DNA of 63,968 nucleotides, filler included, from Octopus bimaculoides (taxonomy: Eukaryota): assembly GCF_001194135.2 (NCBI RefSeq). It is 8 parts of 7 records of this genome, joined end to end, with 100 filler letters (N's around TTAATTAATTAA, not from the genome) between each part and the next. Parts side by side here need not be neighbours in the genome. Positions count along the whole stretch, not along the records: positions 1 to 23,868 come from NC_068987.1; positions 23,969 to 43,479 come from NC_068982.1; 6 more parts are not named here. One strand, written 5' to 3'. A program made the translations under genes and the position numbers. Below, one piece after another: positions 23,432 to 35,898 of this stretch. How positions within the stretch are numbered: position 1 is the stretch's first letter; the number at the start of each line of letters is the position of its first letter. The notes under the pieces are model-generated. The model saw nothing but the letters and a program-made list of their open reading frames with translations, had not been told where the DNA came from and did not search any database.

Positions 23432-23686
23432 CATACATATTTGCACAGGCGCGCGCGCACACACACAAACACGCAAATTTCAAAGCTTTACTATTCTCTA
23501 CTAAGCAATAATTTTCAAATATTTTCTATACTATATCGAATATTGAATTTCAAATGTTTACTAAACTATATGAAATATTAAATTTCAAGTGTTTGCTATG
23601 CTACATCAAAAACTAAATTTCACATATTAAAACTGTAATATCGCTTTTCACAGGTAAAATTATGTTTTAGTCTGATGTATATATAT

Positions 23687-23728
<42 letters not shown>

Positions 23729-23968
23729 TTTATATATATATATGTACGGATATAAGCATGCATATTGATATGTATGTATATATATATATATATATACTCA
23801 CACAATAAATATATGTATAGGTGCATCCATCTATACATACATGCATATATATGTATATATATATATATNNNNNNNNNNNNNNNNNNNNNNNNNNNNNNNN
23901 NNNNNNNNNNNNTTAATTAATTAANNNNNNNNNNNNNNNNNNNNNNNNNNNNNNNNNNNNNNNNNNNN

Positions 23969-24001
<33 letters not shown>

Positions 24002-24201
24002 ATATGTATGTATGTATATATGTATGTATGTATATATGTATATATGTATATGTATATGTATGTATATATATATGTATATGTATGTATATGTATGTATGTA
24101 TATATGTATGTATATATATATATGTATATGTATGTATATATATATATGTATATGTATGTATATGTATGTATGTATGTATATATGTATGTATGTATGTATG
24201 A

Positions 24202-24279
<78 letters not shown>

Positions 24280-24954
24280 ATTAGGTCAGGTCACTTATGA
24301 GGCTCTCATAAGTGCTACTTGTAACATGTAATCCAGTACAACCTGTTTGCATGGCCAGGTTGCCAGTGACTAAATTGGCACCCTTACCTGGCTATCCTGG
24401 TGAGGAGGGTTGCTAGAAACCCAGCAGGATTTAAAAAAGAGCTGTTTGAAAGCTCAGATGGGCCTAGTGCAGGCACAATGCCTCTCTAGCAATAGCATGG
24501 GTACGCAAAAATTCCGGGATGGTGTTGGGCGTGCTGAAAGACCACTGGGAGTGAGGCACCCCTCAGCTTTTGTTGAAGCATGTTTCTAGAAGGTCACTCT
24601 GATATAAAACCAAATATGCAGGGAATGGCATTGGACATTTTGGGGATCTTTGGTTTGTGCTAGAGATCACGGCGCTCTCACAGAATACCAACCAGCAATC
24701 AGTTCAGATAAGTATTAATTGGTGCATAAAACAAGACATAGAATGAGGTCGAACCTTCTACTTTACAGGATATATGGGAAGATATGATAATGGTGACAGA
24801 CTGGACCTCTGATTGGAGCAAGGTCCCAGCTATAAAAGAGAGTGATGTAGTGGTGGGACAGCCCTATGGGTAGAGTTTGAAAGAAAGGGGATAGTAAGGA
24901 GTAATATCAAGTAGTAAGAGAAATTATACATTAAGTATACTTAGTTTTGGAGGA

Positions 24955-25160
24955 AACCAAAGTTAAAAAGTTTGCCAGTGTTCTAAGATGTAATGATCAG
25001 AGGTGAGGTATTTCAGATTGCAAGGCAGTGTGCCAGTGAAAATTGAGATGTTAGCAAGAAGTGTAATTAGGTATGATAGTGGTATGCTTGTCCTCATCAA
25101 TGCTGTAAACAATGAGGTATGGAATAGCTGTTTAAGAAGATTGCACTGGAAAAAGAGGGC
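24955..25160 (+). mobile_element. Highly decayed RTE LINE fragment
   Basis: KKFASVLRCNDQRGEVFQIARQCASEN is homologous to the 27900-27970 part of the larger RTE. Confidence 0.6.
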
Positions 25161-25474
25161 CTACCACAAGTTGGCTTAGCAGAGGGGTCAACCAGTCAAG
25201 TTGATAGCAGTATAGTAGATGGATAATTTTAAGGTATGAAGATGCACTCAGTACATGTTGTAATTTGACTGGTGATAGAAATGGCATCCATCTACAGAAA
25301 CGAAGCCATAAATGAAACCTACTTGGTCTATAGAATAATGAAGCTGGATATTAACATTTAGTTCATCATGCTATCATTTCTGCACACCACTGCTCTTGCT
25401 ATTAATACTGTTTATAATAAACAGTTGGCTATCTTTTTCAAGTCTGTATTCTAGTTTTCAAAGTTAAAATTTGC

Positions 25475-25640
25475 GTCATCATCATCATTTTATGTCTGTC
25501 TTCCATGCTGGCATAGGCTGAATGGTTTGACATGATATGAGGAGTCAGACCTTCATGTTCCACCTCAGTTTTTACCTATGACTAAATGCCTTTCCTAATG
25601 CCAACCACTTTACAGAGCACACTGGATACTTTTTTTCTGG
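25475..25640 (-). mobile_element. Old RTE-type 3' tail ((GAT)n end)
   Basis: CATCATCATCATTT..GTCTG.CTTCCATGCTGGCAT.GG...GCCTTTCCTAATGCCAACCACTT matches the 43177 and 38960 tail. Confidence 0.6.
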
Positions 25641-26194
25641 TATTGGACCAGCGAGTCACCTATTTGTAAGACTACAAAAAGCTCCCGTGACTGAAAGAAT
25701 GAGAGAATGATGATTTGTAGGAAAGGGATAGCTGTCTTAGTACAGGAGTTATTTAGCTACCCTCAGTAGGCTGATGTAGGAGAGAGTTAGAAAGCTAGAC
25801 AAGTCACACAGAGAGTGGAGTGCTATCCATAAGAACAAGTGCTGGGAGAATATAAGTATTACAGAGGGGATAGAGGAGATGTTCCATAAGAATGTGGAGT
25901 GGGGGAGATAATTAGGGAGAGCAGGTGATGATAAGAGGAATTGGAGTAGCTGGAAGGTGGGTATAGTAGATATGTAGAGGCATGGAGAGTGTTTGGATAG
26001 GCAAGTGATGGAGAATGGAGGGGCCTGCTGTGGCTGGTGGGGATGATGGGGGGCCAAGTTGTGGGTGAATTTTGCCAGAGGATAGAATTATGTTTGTGTG
26101 AGGGGAAGGAGTGTGTGTGTCTGTGAAGGACATGCCTGTATATATGAATGGCCATGATTTAACTCAGCTTGATGTGTCTTCTCAACTGCAGAAA

Positions 26195-28760
26195 ATTGCT
26201 AGAAGTCTCAGTCCCTTGTTATCTCCTCTGCAAGGCTCAACATTTGAAGATGGTTTCTCATCACTTCATCCTTTGTCTACCTGGGTCTATTCCTTCCACA
26301 TGTTCTGTCTATAACTAGAGCTCAACACTTCATTATGCACCTGTCCTCTTCCATACATGTCACATGATTATACCAAGCACAGTCTTCTCTCTTGCACACT
26401 ACACCTGATGCCTCTTACACTTAGTTTTACTTTTAAATCATTTATTCTCTGTCGTGTGTGCATACTAACATTACTCATCCAGTGGAATGTGTTGGTTTCA
26501 TTTCTTTCAAACCTTCACATGTTCTCTGTAGTCACAGCCTATGTTTCACAGCCATGTAGTATAGCTGTTTGTATGCAGGCATCATACAATGTCTTTTAGT
26601 CTGAGGGAGAGGCCTTTGTAACCAACAAAGGTAGTAGCTTTCTGAATTTTGCCCAGCCTATTCTTATTCTAGCAACTACACTTTCTGTGTTTTCTTCCTC
26701 TGCTGCTAATTTGGTTGCCTAGGTAATGGAAACTATCTACTACTTTGAAGGAGACCACCATCACCACTGGACATTTGAGGAAGTCTATTTTCTGTACATT
26801 CTTAGTGTTTATTGTACCTGCACATCTGCCACACACAAAGACTACTTTCTCTGTTAATCTTCCTATGATACTGCTGCACTTCTCATATGTCCATAGCTTG
26901 CACTGGGTACTACACTGAATGGAGTTTCTACCAACACTTTTTTTTACATATTAAGCAGGCCATTTCCCTGAAGGGATTAATTATTTGTCTGTTTTCCTAT
27001 GTACTAGGACTTTGGTCTTTGCTACATAACCTTAAGGCCCTTTGATTCCAAGCCTTGCTTCCACACTTTAAATTTCCTTAATTTTGCTAGTGGTTCAACA
27101 ATAAGAACATATTCATCAGCGTAAAGGGCAGCCAGTCTTAAATTCCTCTGTTAGGGTCTGAAGGACTATAATAAACAAGAGGGAGTTGAGAACCAATCAT
27201 TGGTGAGCTCCAACTTGTACTCTAAATTCCTTGCTATCGTCATTACTGACTTCCACCTTATTGACAGCATCCTCGTACATGGCTTTTTCAGTTCTCACCA
27301 ACCACTCATATATCTCTAGTGTCCACATTTGACCACCAGATAAGTGAGTGGGTTTTGCCCATGTTGACAAAAGACAAGTACAGAGACTTATTTTTGGCTA
27401 GTTGCTTCACCAGGAAGATAGCATCAGTAGTGCTTCTTCCTGGCACAAAACCAAACTGAGTTATGACCCTTTCTGTGACTTCTGTCACCTGGTCCAGCCA
27501 GCAATTTGATACCGTTTTAGTTATTTTTGTCTAAGGCAACACCTTTAACCCTTGTAGCAGTTGACTACGATGCTGCTACACCATCTGTTGAGTATTATTC
27601 CCTTGTGGATAACCTGGTTAACTATATGGGTGACAAGGCCATATCCTACTCTACCAGATATTCTAAGCTTTGTGGTGAGCCGGGTGCTTTCTCCGTCTTC
27701 ATATCCTAGGCTACTGTTGATTCCGATAGCTGGTCCCTGTGTTGTGTCTATGTTAGGCAGACTCTTCTCTCATGTATTCTCTACATTTAACAGCTTTTTA
27801 TAGTGACATTTCCAGGCCTCTTTATTTGCAGAATCACTAATTGCTAGTGAACCATCATCCTTGCAAATGCACTTCTCTCCTACATCACAATTTTCTCTGT
27901 CACACTATCTTGCAATTTGGAACACTTCAAGCCCCTGGTCCTTACTCTGCTGAATATTGGTGAATTTTTTCCTTTCTGCTTCCCCTCTAGCTAAGCATAT
28001 CTGACTTCTAGCTTCCCTTCTTGCTTTGTGGTATAGTCCTCTGCTAACACCACTCTTCCAGTCCAGTTTCTTTGCTCTAATGGTCCTGTGTACTTCCCTG
28101 TTTTGCCACCATGTCACTTTAGGTTTGGAGGGGACTTTGGTCCAATTTTGGACCAAGTTTGGCCAATGGTCCTCATTAAGTTGTCCTGTAGGAATCTCCA
28201 TTTGTCCTCCATGTTATGGGTTACTATCTCCTCCCCCTTCTTGTCAAATGCTTCAGTTAGAATGTCTCTAAATCTCTGACTATTCAGAGGAACTTTAAGC
28301 TTCCAGATCTTTCTTTTTTTCATCACATCCTTCTAACCTGGAGTCTGAAGTCACTAATGACTAGCCTATGTTGAGAAGTGTACTCTTCACATTGGAAGGA
28401 CTTTGCATTTATAAGCAACCATCTTTCCCACTTTCTGGTGAGAGTGTAGTCAATGTGGCTTGTGTGACCACCAGACTGTTAAGTGAACAGGTGATTGGCT
28501 GACTTCCTGTAGTTAGTATTGCAGATCATAATGGTTTGTGCTCTTTTGAACTGTTGCATACAATTCCCTTCAAAGTCCATTTGTTGCCTGTTTCCCTCTC
28601 AGCATCAATACTATCTCACTTCCCAATCACTGTGCTAAACTCTTCACCAGGTCCTTCCTTCCCAGAACTACAACTTCTTTGAACTCTCTACCCACCTACA
28701 CCTTTCTTACAATGAACTGTAGACACAAGTTCAAGCTGAACAAAGGCGATCACTACTGTT
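26195..28760 (-). pseudogene. Old, CpG-eroded RTE-clade LINE (APE endonuclease and RT), many stops and deletions
   Basis: SGGHTSHIDYTL (APE C-term), EVFQIAR, QFGFVPGRSTTDAIFLV, VGAHQ*LVLNSLLFI, IGWAKFRKLLPLL and LYDACIQTAILHGCET. Confidence 0.9.
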
Positions 28761-28924
28761 TTCCTTTCTAAGGTCAAATAATACTAATTAAACAAAAATA
28801 AAATACAAAGATATAGCTTTTAAGGTAAAAGTGCCATGAGTTACAGAGTGAATCATGAAAAGACAAAAAAAAAAAAAAAAAAAATTCTCCTCTATTGTGA
28901 GCTACTTTAACATTTAAAAAAAAT

Positions 28925-29310
28925 AGTGGCTGTATGGTAAGTAGCTTGCTTACCAACCACATGGTTCTGGGTTCAGTCCCACTGCGTAGCACCTTGGGCA
29001 AGTGTCTTCTACTATAGCCTCGTGCCGACCAAAGCCTTGTGAGTGGACTTGGTAGACGGAAACTGAAAAGAAGCCCGTCGTATATATATATATATGTATG
29101 TTTGTGTGTCTGTGTTTGTCCCCCCAACATTGCTTGACAACCGATGCTGGTGTGTTTATGTCCCCGTAACTTAGTGGTTCGACAAAAGGGACTAATAGAA
29201 TAAGTACTAGGCTTGCAAAGAATAAGTCCTGGGGTCGATTTGCTTGACTAAAGGTGGTGCTCCAGCATGGCCACAGTCAAATGACTGAAGCATGTAAAAG
29301 AGTAAAAGAA
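28925..29310 (+). mobile_element. SINE family A, full length, with CpG decay
   Basis: Collinear with 13344-13741, with several CG>TG/CA changes. Confidence 0.9.
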
Positions 29311-29899
29311 TAGATAATTTAAATATTATGATGAAATAATTTTAGATACATTAATGTGAGTTAGTGTGATGTTTAAACCAGGTGCTCTTCAACTGATATT
29401 GGCATTGAAAGACATGCAAGTATAAGTTAATCAATAAAAAAAAATGTGATGATGAGGGATAAATTGATGATAATAAGGATTATGGCAGTGAAAATTTGTA
29501 TTTAGACTTATTTGTTAATCTTCCTGGTTTTTGTTTGGAAAGTAGGAATATCTTAAGATGGACCTAACCTGTGTAATTACAAAATTACGAACTGTTTTGA
29601 GGTTACATTTCCCTAATGTTAACATGATGCTTTAATTGATGTAGATTTGTCTTCCTTTAATCATCATCACTATCATCATTGTTTTAGCATCTACTTCTCC
29701 ATTCTTGACAAAATTTGCCGAGGCATATTTTCTACAGGAAGGACAGCCAACCCATCTGATCCCAAGCAATATAATATTTCGTCTTGGCCAGACATACTTT
29801 TCATGGGAAACTGGGAATGAGTGACACCACCTTTATGATACTCGTTTACAACCCTCTCATAATGTCAAGACAAAGGTACACACAAATATGTATGCACAC

Positions 29900-30055
29900 A
29901 CACATGAGCCTCTTTCAGCTTCTGTATACCAAATCCACTCACAAGGCTTTGGTTAGCTTGGGACCGTAGTAGAAGACAGTTACCCAAGGTGTCATGCTGT
30001 GGAACTGAACCCAAAATCAAATGGTTTTGAAGTAAGCTTTGAAACCACACAGCCT
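29900..30055 (-). mobile_element. SINE family A head; similar heads at 32330-32470, 41775-41925, 53545-53700 and 60228-60369
   Basis: TTTCAG.TTC.GT.TACCAAATCCACTCACAAGGCTTTGG...GGAACTGAACCC. Confidence 0.75.
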
Positions 30056-32921
30056 TTTGAAAATATTAAAACTTTAAATATTTAATGATTAAGATGCTTT
30101 TTTTTTCAGTTGAACATTATCATAGAGATAGTGGTATATTTTGTTCACACTGGAGAGGGACAATGTAATGGAAAGGCCAGGTTGAAAATTTTAGAGGAAT
30201 GTAAACTTCCAATAGAGATATACCAAACAATGTACCATAGACATCCTAATCTGGGTATTAACCAACTATATCAGCTTTATGATCTTGATGATTTAAATGA
30301 GTATTGATTTCTTTGGAGTCAACACAAAAGACATTTAATTTGTTTTTTAATCAGGACAGGGTCATAGTTGGTATTTCTTTTATTACCTCTGGATTTGAGA
30401 TGAATGACAGAAGAATTAGCAAACAAGTTTTGTTTTCAAATTATGACACTTTATATTTAATAATCTCGTTAACATCACAATTTTTCATTAAATCTTATAT
30501 TTGTTGTCATTTTAGATGTTTGTAAACTATATTTAGTTTTTTTTTAAAAACTGATTTTACTTGTTTCAATATAAGAAATGTGACATTTTAAAATTATGAG
30601 CTCTACTTTTATTTAATTCAAAAAATAGTAATTATAAACTATCCAATTTATTTTTTTGTATAGCTATAATTTTTTGTAAGGTTTGCATCATGAGGGTTGG
30701 GTAGCTGTTGAAATGAGAGAAATAATTTCCAAGCTCATTTATGCCTTCATATTTTACAGTTTTGTTGCTTTTATTTTCATATTAAGAGCAGTTATTTTTA
30801 ACATTACTTTACTAACTATGAAATGAGATTAGTATCTCTTCTTGGCAGGTAAACTATATATAACCCTTTTCTTAATAAAGGGTGTTCAGTGAACATCTGA
30901 CACAGAAAAAATATCCTTTGGGCCTATCTCAACCCTTCAGCTATCCTATTTCAAGGTAATGAAGATTTTAGTGCCGCTTTTTATCTGAAAAAATATTTGG
31001 TCTTAATATTTTTGCTCCGTGTACACAATTAAAATATGCAAAAATTTCAGTCCCATGCTAGTGCTGAAGTAAATGTCAAAAGGAAACCAGAATCAAAGAA
31101 CCAAAGTAATTTTTTTATAATGTTCTTTGTCTGTCTGGTTTTTAATTAAAAATGTGTATTCAGGTCAAAATGTAATTTTGAGTCTGTACAAAATGTTTGT
31201 TGTATGTATACTTAATAAAAATGCAACATACTTTTAAAGTTGGATATTCCACACCCCAGAAAAAAATATTTTGAATTAAGATGTGTATATAGTGGCTTGT
31301 CTGCAAGATGAAATGACACTTATAAAGTGAATTCTCAGTTTTGTGTGTCATTGCCCTTAACAATTTAGGAACTAATTGTATGAAATTTAACTTTATTGTG
31401 CTAATGTATAACATAATACAGCCCTGGGCTGACCAGTGCCTTGTGAGAAAGTTAAAAAGTTGTATGGATGATTTTCATATAGATATGTACTTATCTATGT
31501 ATATTCCACTTGTCTTTGCCACAATGTCAGCAAAACCAGTGAGAAGCATTTACATTTGTAAACAAAATGTCCTGTCACCTAGGGGTTTTACAATATGTGG
31601 AGATCATTGGAATAAGATTTCCTTACTTGAAAAAACAAGTTAGGGTTGGCAACAGGAAGGCTTCTGGCTGTTGAGTACTATCTCAATTTCTTTTTAACTC
31701 TTGTTATTTTGAATGAATGTGGATGTAAAAATGACGATGATAACATTTCAATATTCACTTTTCCATGCATGTATCAGACAGAATTTGTTGCGGCAAATTT
31801 TCTATGGTTGTATGCCCTCCCTGTTACCTTTCCTTATTTTCCCCATGGTCAAACAGGTTTTCATGGAAAATTGAAATTGAATGAAACCATTTGCATGATG
31901 GTGATGCTCATTTATACTTCTCAAATAATGTAAAGACTAGTATATACAAGCACTCACTTAAGCATGCACACACATATCAACTTACATATATTTTAAGGTT
32001 TCGCTTAGGTGTAGCATTACTAATAACTGGTGTTAGAACTCAGTATATATATATATATATATATATATATATNNNNNNNNNNNNNNNNNNNNNNNACATA
32101 TACATATATATATATATATATATATATGCTTCAGACTAAAGTGCTAGTCAAATACAGAATATAATATGAAATTAAATAAATGACAATGGAATAGGAATTA
32201 TGTAATTAACTTCGTTAGCTTACAACTGTTTCTACTATAAGATGCAGTACGCTCATCAACTTATAGCTTCCTTGAACTCCTAAAATGGTACACACACGCA
32301 CACGCGTGCACGCACACACACACACACACACACTGGACATCATTAAACTTCTGTCTACCAAATTCACTCTCAAGGCTTTGGTTTGCTTGGTGATATAGTA
32401 GAAGGCGCTTGTCTAAGGTGTCACACAGTGAGACTGAACCCAAAATATTGTAGTTGGGAAGCAAACTTCTTCAAATATTTCTGTTGTCTGATGACTCGAA
32501 TGTATTTATTTTAATAATGCTAGGTTGGATAATCATGCAAATTTGTGGAACATGTATCTGTACTTTACTGTACACCAATTTACTCAACAACAATCACATA
32601 TGCTGTGTTTAGTGATGTAGATTTTGCAGCTGGCTGGTTTGTACTGTGTTTAGGCCCAATACACCCAGCAGTTATACCTAATTCTATCTTACTGTTCAAG
32701 CAGCAGTTTTATTGTATAATAGGTGTTTCATTAGTTTGCAGTATTGGATTCTAATTCTGTGGGGCCTGTAAAAGGCAATAGGCAAATTATTTCTGTGTGG
32801 TGTCTTTTGTAACATGATATGGCGACTGTCTTCAGCTAAAACTGCATTGCATCTTGATTTAAGAGGTCCCTTTCATTTAGTTTGAATTCATGAACTGTGT
32901 GTTTCTAGTGTTGTGTCTTAA

Positions 32922-33141
32922 CTCTTTAGCATTCACACTGGCCACATCTGGTCAAAATATTTTACCTGCTTTATGTTAAAACTGGCCAAATTTTGCCCTT
33001 GATACCTACCCTACAATGTCATTCTAAAAGTAAACAATCACATTATCAAAATCTGGAAGTTACAAGATAATTCATGATTAATTTAAAACAATGTGAATCC
33101 ATAAACATTACATTTGACAGAGAAATCTGAATCCTAAAGGG
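32922..33141. mobile_element. piggyBac-type MITE (220 bp)
   Basis: TTAA|CTCTTTAGCATTCA ... TGAATCCTAAAGGG|TTAA; TIRs match 12 of 14 and TTAA is present at both ends. Confidence 0.85.
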
Positions 33142-33217
33142 TTAATCACTGTATAAAAAAAAAAAATCACAGTAAAAGACATGATGATATAGTTAGTTGC
33201 TTTGATCTGCAAAGCCA

Positions 33218-33280
33218 TTCCTCCAATAGTGCCTGTCCTGCGTTGAAGTCAACAATGGAGGACAGGGATTATTGGAGGAA
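33218..33280 (+). ncRNA. Candidate pre-miRNA hairpin
   Basis: 22-bp stem TTCCTCCAATAGTGCCTGTCCT / AGGACAGGGATTATTGGAGGAA (20 Watson-Crick pairs, 1 G-U, 1 G-G), 19-nt apical region, imperfect lower stem to 33202/33293. Confidence 0.45.
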
Positions 33281-33659
33281 CATGTGCAAATCGAGGAAAC
33301 TAGCTATATCCTTATGTCCTTTACTCTAATTTTCCATTAACTGATTTTTTTTAAAGAATTGAGTGTGATAATTCTTGTAATTGTGCATATAACTCTGAAT
33401 ATGCAAGCTCTTTATTTGAACCCATCAGTGGTGGCAGCGGCTGGGTTGGTGCCTCGGTGCCTCGGGGAGCATGCTCTCCTCCACACTGCTTCCTCTGCCT
33501 GCTAGCATCACAGTAGCAGGGAATCAACAAGATTACCTGTCTCGTCCCTTGCTCACTTCCTGTATGTATATATATACATACCGACGTCATTTCAATTCTG
33601 CCAAAAGGTCGTTATTTGCACTGATTATATATATACATAACAATATATGTATTGTTGGT

Positions 33660-33970
33660 AACCTTTTGTCTCGAGAGACAATGGAGTTGCACATAGACTA
33701 ATCCAGTTTGGTTTTTACAATTCATGTCCTCTCCAGTTTCCTCATCTTGTGCAGGCCTGGGCTAAATATAAGAAAATCCTGGGTAGCCCAATCGTCAGGA
33801 TTCCTCTCTCGACCTTGCTGATGTAGTCCAAAGGAGTGCAGAGCATTACGTTTGGCACCAGCTTGGTTGCAGGAGCTGCCAGAAGAATGTCAAGTCGAGC
33901 ACTAAACCGCCTTTAGGGCTCTACTCTGGATTTTTTTGAAGGTTGTTTCCTTTCCGTAACCCTGGATAGG
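33660..33970 (-). mobile_element. Probable RTE/BovB-type 5' region fragment
   Basis: CCTCTCTCGACCTTGCTGATGTAGTCCAAAGG...TACGTTTGGCACCAGC resembles, from memory, RTE-BovB 5' UTR sequence. Not verified by search. Confidence 0.45.
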
Positions 33971-34903
33971 GGCCTTTACTGGGGACTGTCAGCTGGAGCC
34001 AGCCGAGCCCGGGACTTGTGTCAGACAGGGTCGTCACTCTTTGAAGTTGTGAAGAAAATCGCTACCCACTACCCATTTTTGGTATATATAAGTATTGTTT
34101 TAGAAATCAGTGGTAATCATTTTTTAATTTTCATTCATCTCAAAATGAACTCTTTTACTTTTCACTCCTTGTTTAACATTTTTGTTAAATTCTTTCTATT
34201 CGTAAAATTTTCTTTATAATGTTTCATTTTCGTTTCCACATACATATGTGAAATTTCTGATATTTCCCTGATTCTGTCTACTTTTCCATTGTATTATATT
34301 AACACGGACAAGTCTGCAGTATAATATATCTTCATTAAGCCTTATCTCTGTCATCTCACCTATCATATCTAACATGCTCAAATCTGATCTAATTATTTTG
34401 CTCTGTATTTTTTCTTGGCTTATCTCTAGCTCAGCACATTTAAATTGTAGTTTATCCTGTTGCCAATACTAATAAAGTTGTTTTCCTAACTTAGTTATGT
34501 TCAGAGTGTCTTTGTCACTCATACCATTGATTATACAAAATTTCATAATATAACAAAGGTCTTGGTTTTGATGTAGAAATGAAAAGACCAAATGGGTAAG
34601 GGATTGGTCTATGTGGTCACAGGTTGTGAGTTCTACTGCACTGTCTTGGTTTTTGTGTTGGATTTAATTAACTTGCTTGTTAGGAATCAGTGGTACTAGA
34701 TCATCTGGGAGTATTACTGGAGATACTCATAGCCCATTGAAGGGAACATTTATCTCTCATTTGCTTGCTTACTTGAAGCCACAACTAAGCACCAACCTTT
34801 AAAGCTCTTCAGTTAAGAGGCAGTAAAATGTGTAAATTACTTTCAACTTTCACTGACTATAATTTCATCAACATAATATCTTTGACACATGTATTCTTTA
34901 ATT

Positions 34904-35219
34904 CAGGGATCGGCAAAGTGCTGATCCATGGGGGAGTCTATGTGACTATCCAAGGGAGCTGGTATTTCAACTACATCAATATGATCAAATTTTTATCGAT
35001 TTCGTTAAGTATTTTCATCAAATTTCTTCAAATATTTCCTATTAAAAAGTGGTAATGACACAAGAATGAAAGAACTATGTTTTTAAGTCAAGTCATTTTT
35101 AAAATTTTCAATTTTATTTAAAACGATTTTATTTAAAACAAATTTACATGATTAGGGCTTGGTAAGTTTTCAATGATTCCACGAACATGTCAGTAATATA
35201 AAAAGTTTACCAACCTTTG
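34904..35219. mobile_element. Old hAT-type MITE
   Basis: CAGGGATCGGCAAAGT / AAGTTTACCAACCTTTG termini; flanks CTTTAATT / ATTTAATT (7 of 8). Confidence 0.6.
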
Positions 35220-35856
35220 ATTTAATTCATCTTTTGTTCAGAACTTCTTTTAGCTGGCATTTCTTCAAACTTCTAACAACTTCATATGCTATTAGTGGTT
35301 CTCTTGCCAATATCTATCATATCTTTAAACCGTCTCTACCTCAACATACCTTCATAACTTATTTGTTATACAAGTACTCAGAGTGAACCATAGATTTCAG
35401 GATTGTTTCCTTATCAAGTGTGTAACTGTTTGTAATTTCACATTTTGTCTTATGGCACTGATATTGACTTTTTACTTCTTTTCACTGGGCCCTTCTATTC
35501 CTTCTGTGCTACTGAAGTGAAGACTCCTGTTGGTAATCAGTTCTAGGATCTTAATGAAATCCAGATCCTGGGAATCCACTTGTGTCTCCATCAGCAAAAA
35601 TTAGCCAATGAAGTATAAAATTATATAAAAAATAAAGTAAACTCAGTGTATTAAACTGTTTGGAAATGGGGAATTTTATGAACATTTGAAAATATGAGGA
35701 CATTTGAAGCATTTTATGAACATTTTTGAACCGAGAGAAAAAAAGAATTTAAGAGAGGGTTGTTTCTGTAAGTGATGATGATAATGAGCTATACCTGAGT
35801 GAGTGCATGGTTTTTCGTAGGAGAGATGGATGATGAACAGAATGTTGGTCTCGTGC

Positions 35857-35898
<42 letters not shown>

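Noticed and set aside
25730-26100. Possible CR1/L2 3' relic; similar hint at 36100-36600
   Set aside because: Only vague motif resemblance, too decayed to call without a search.
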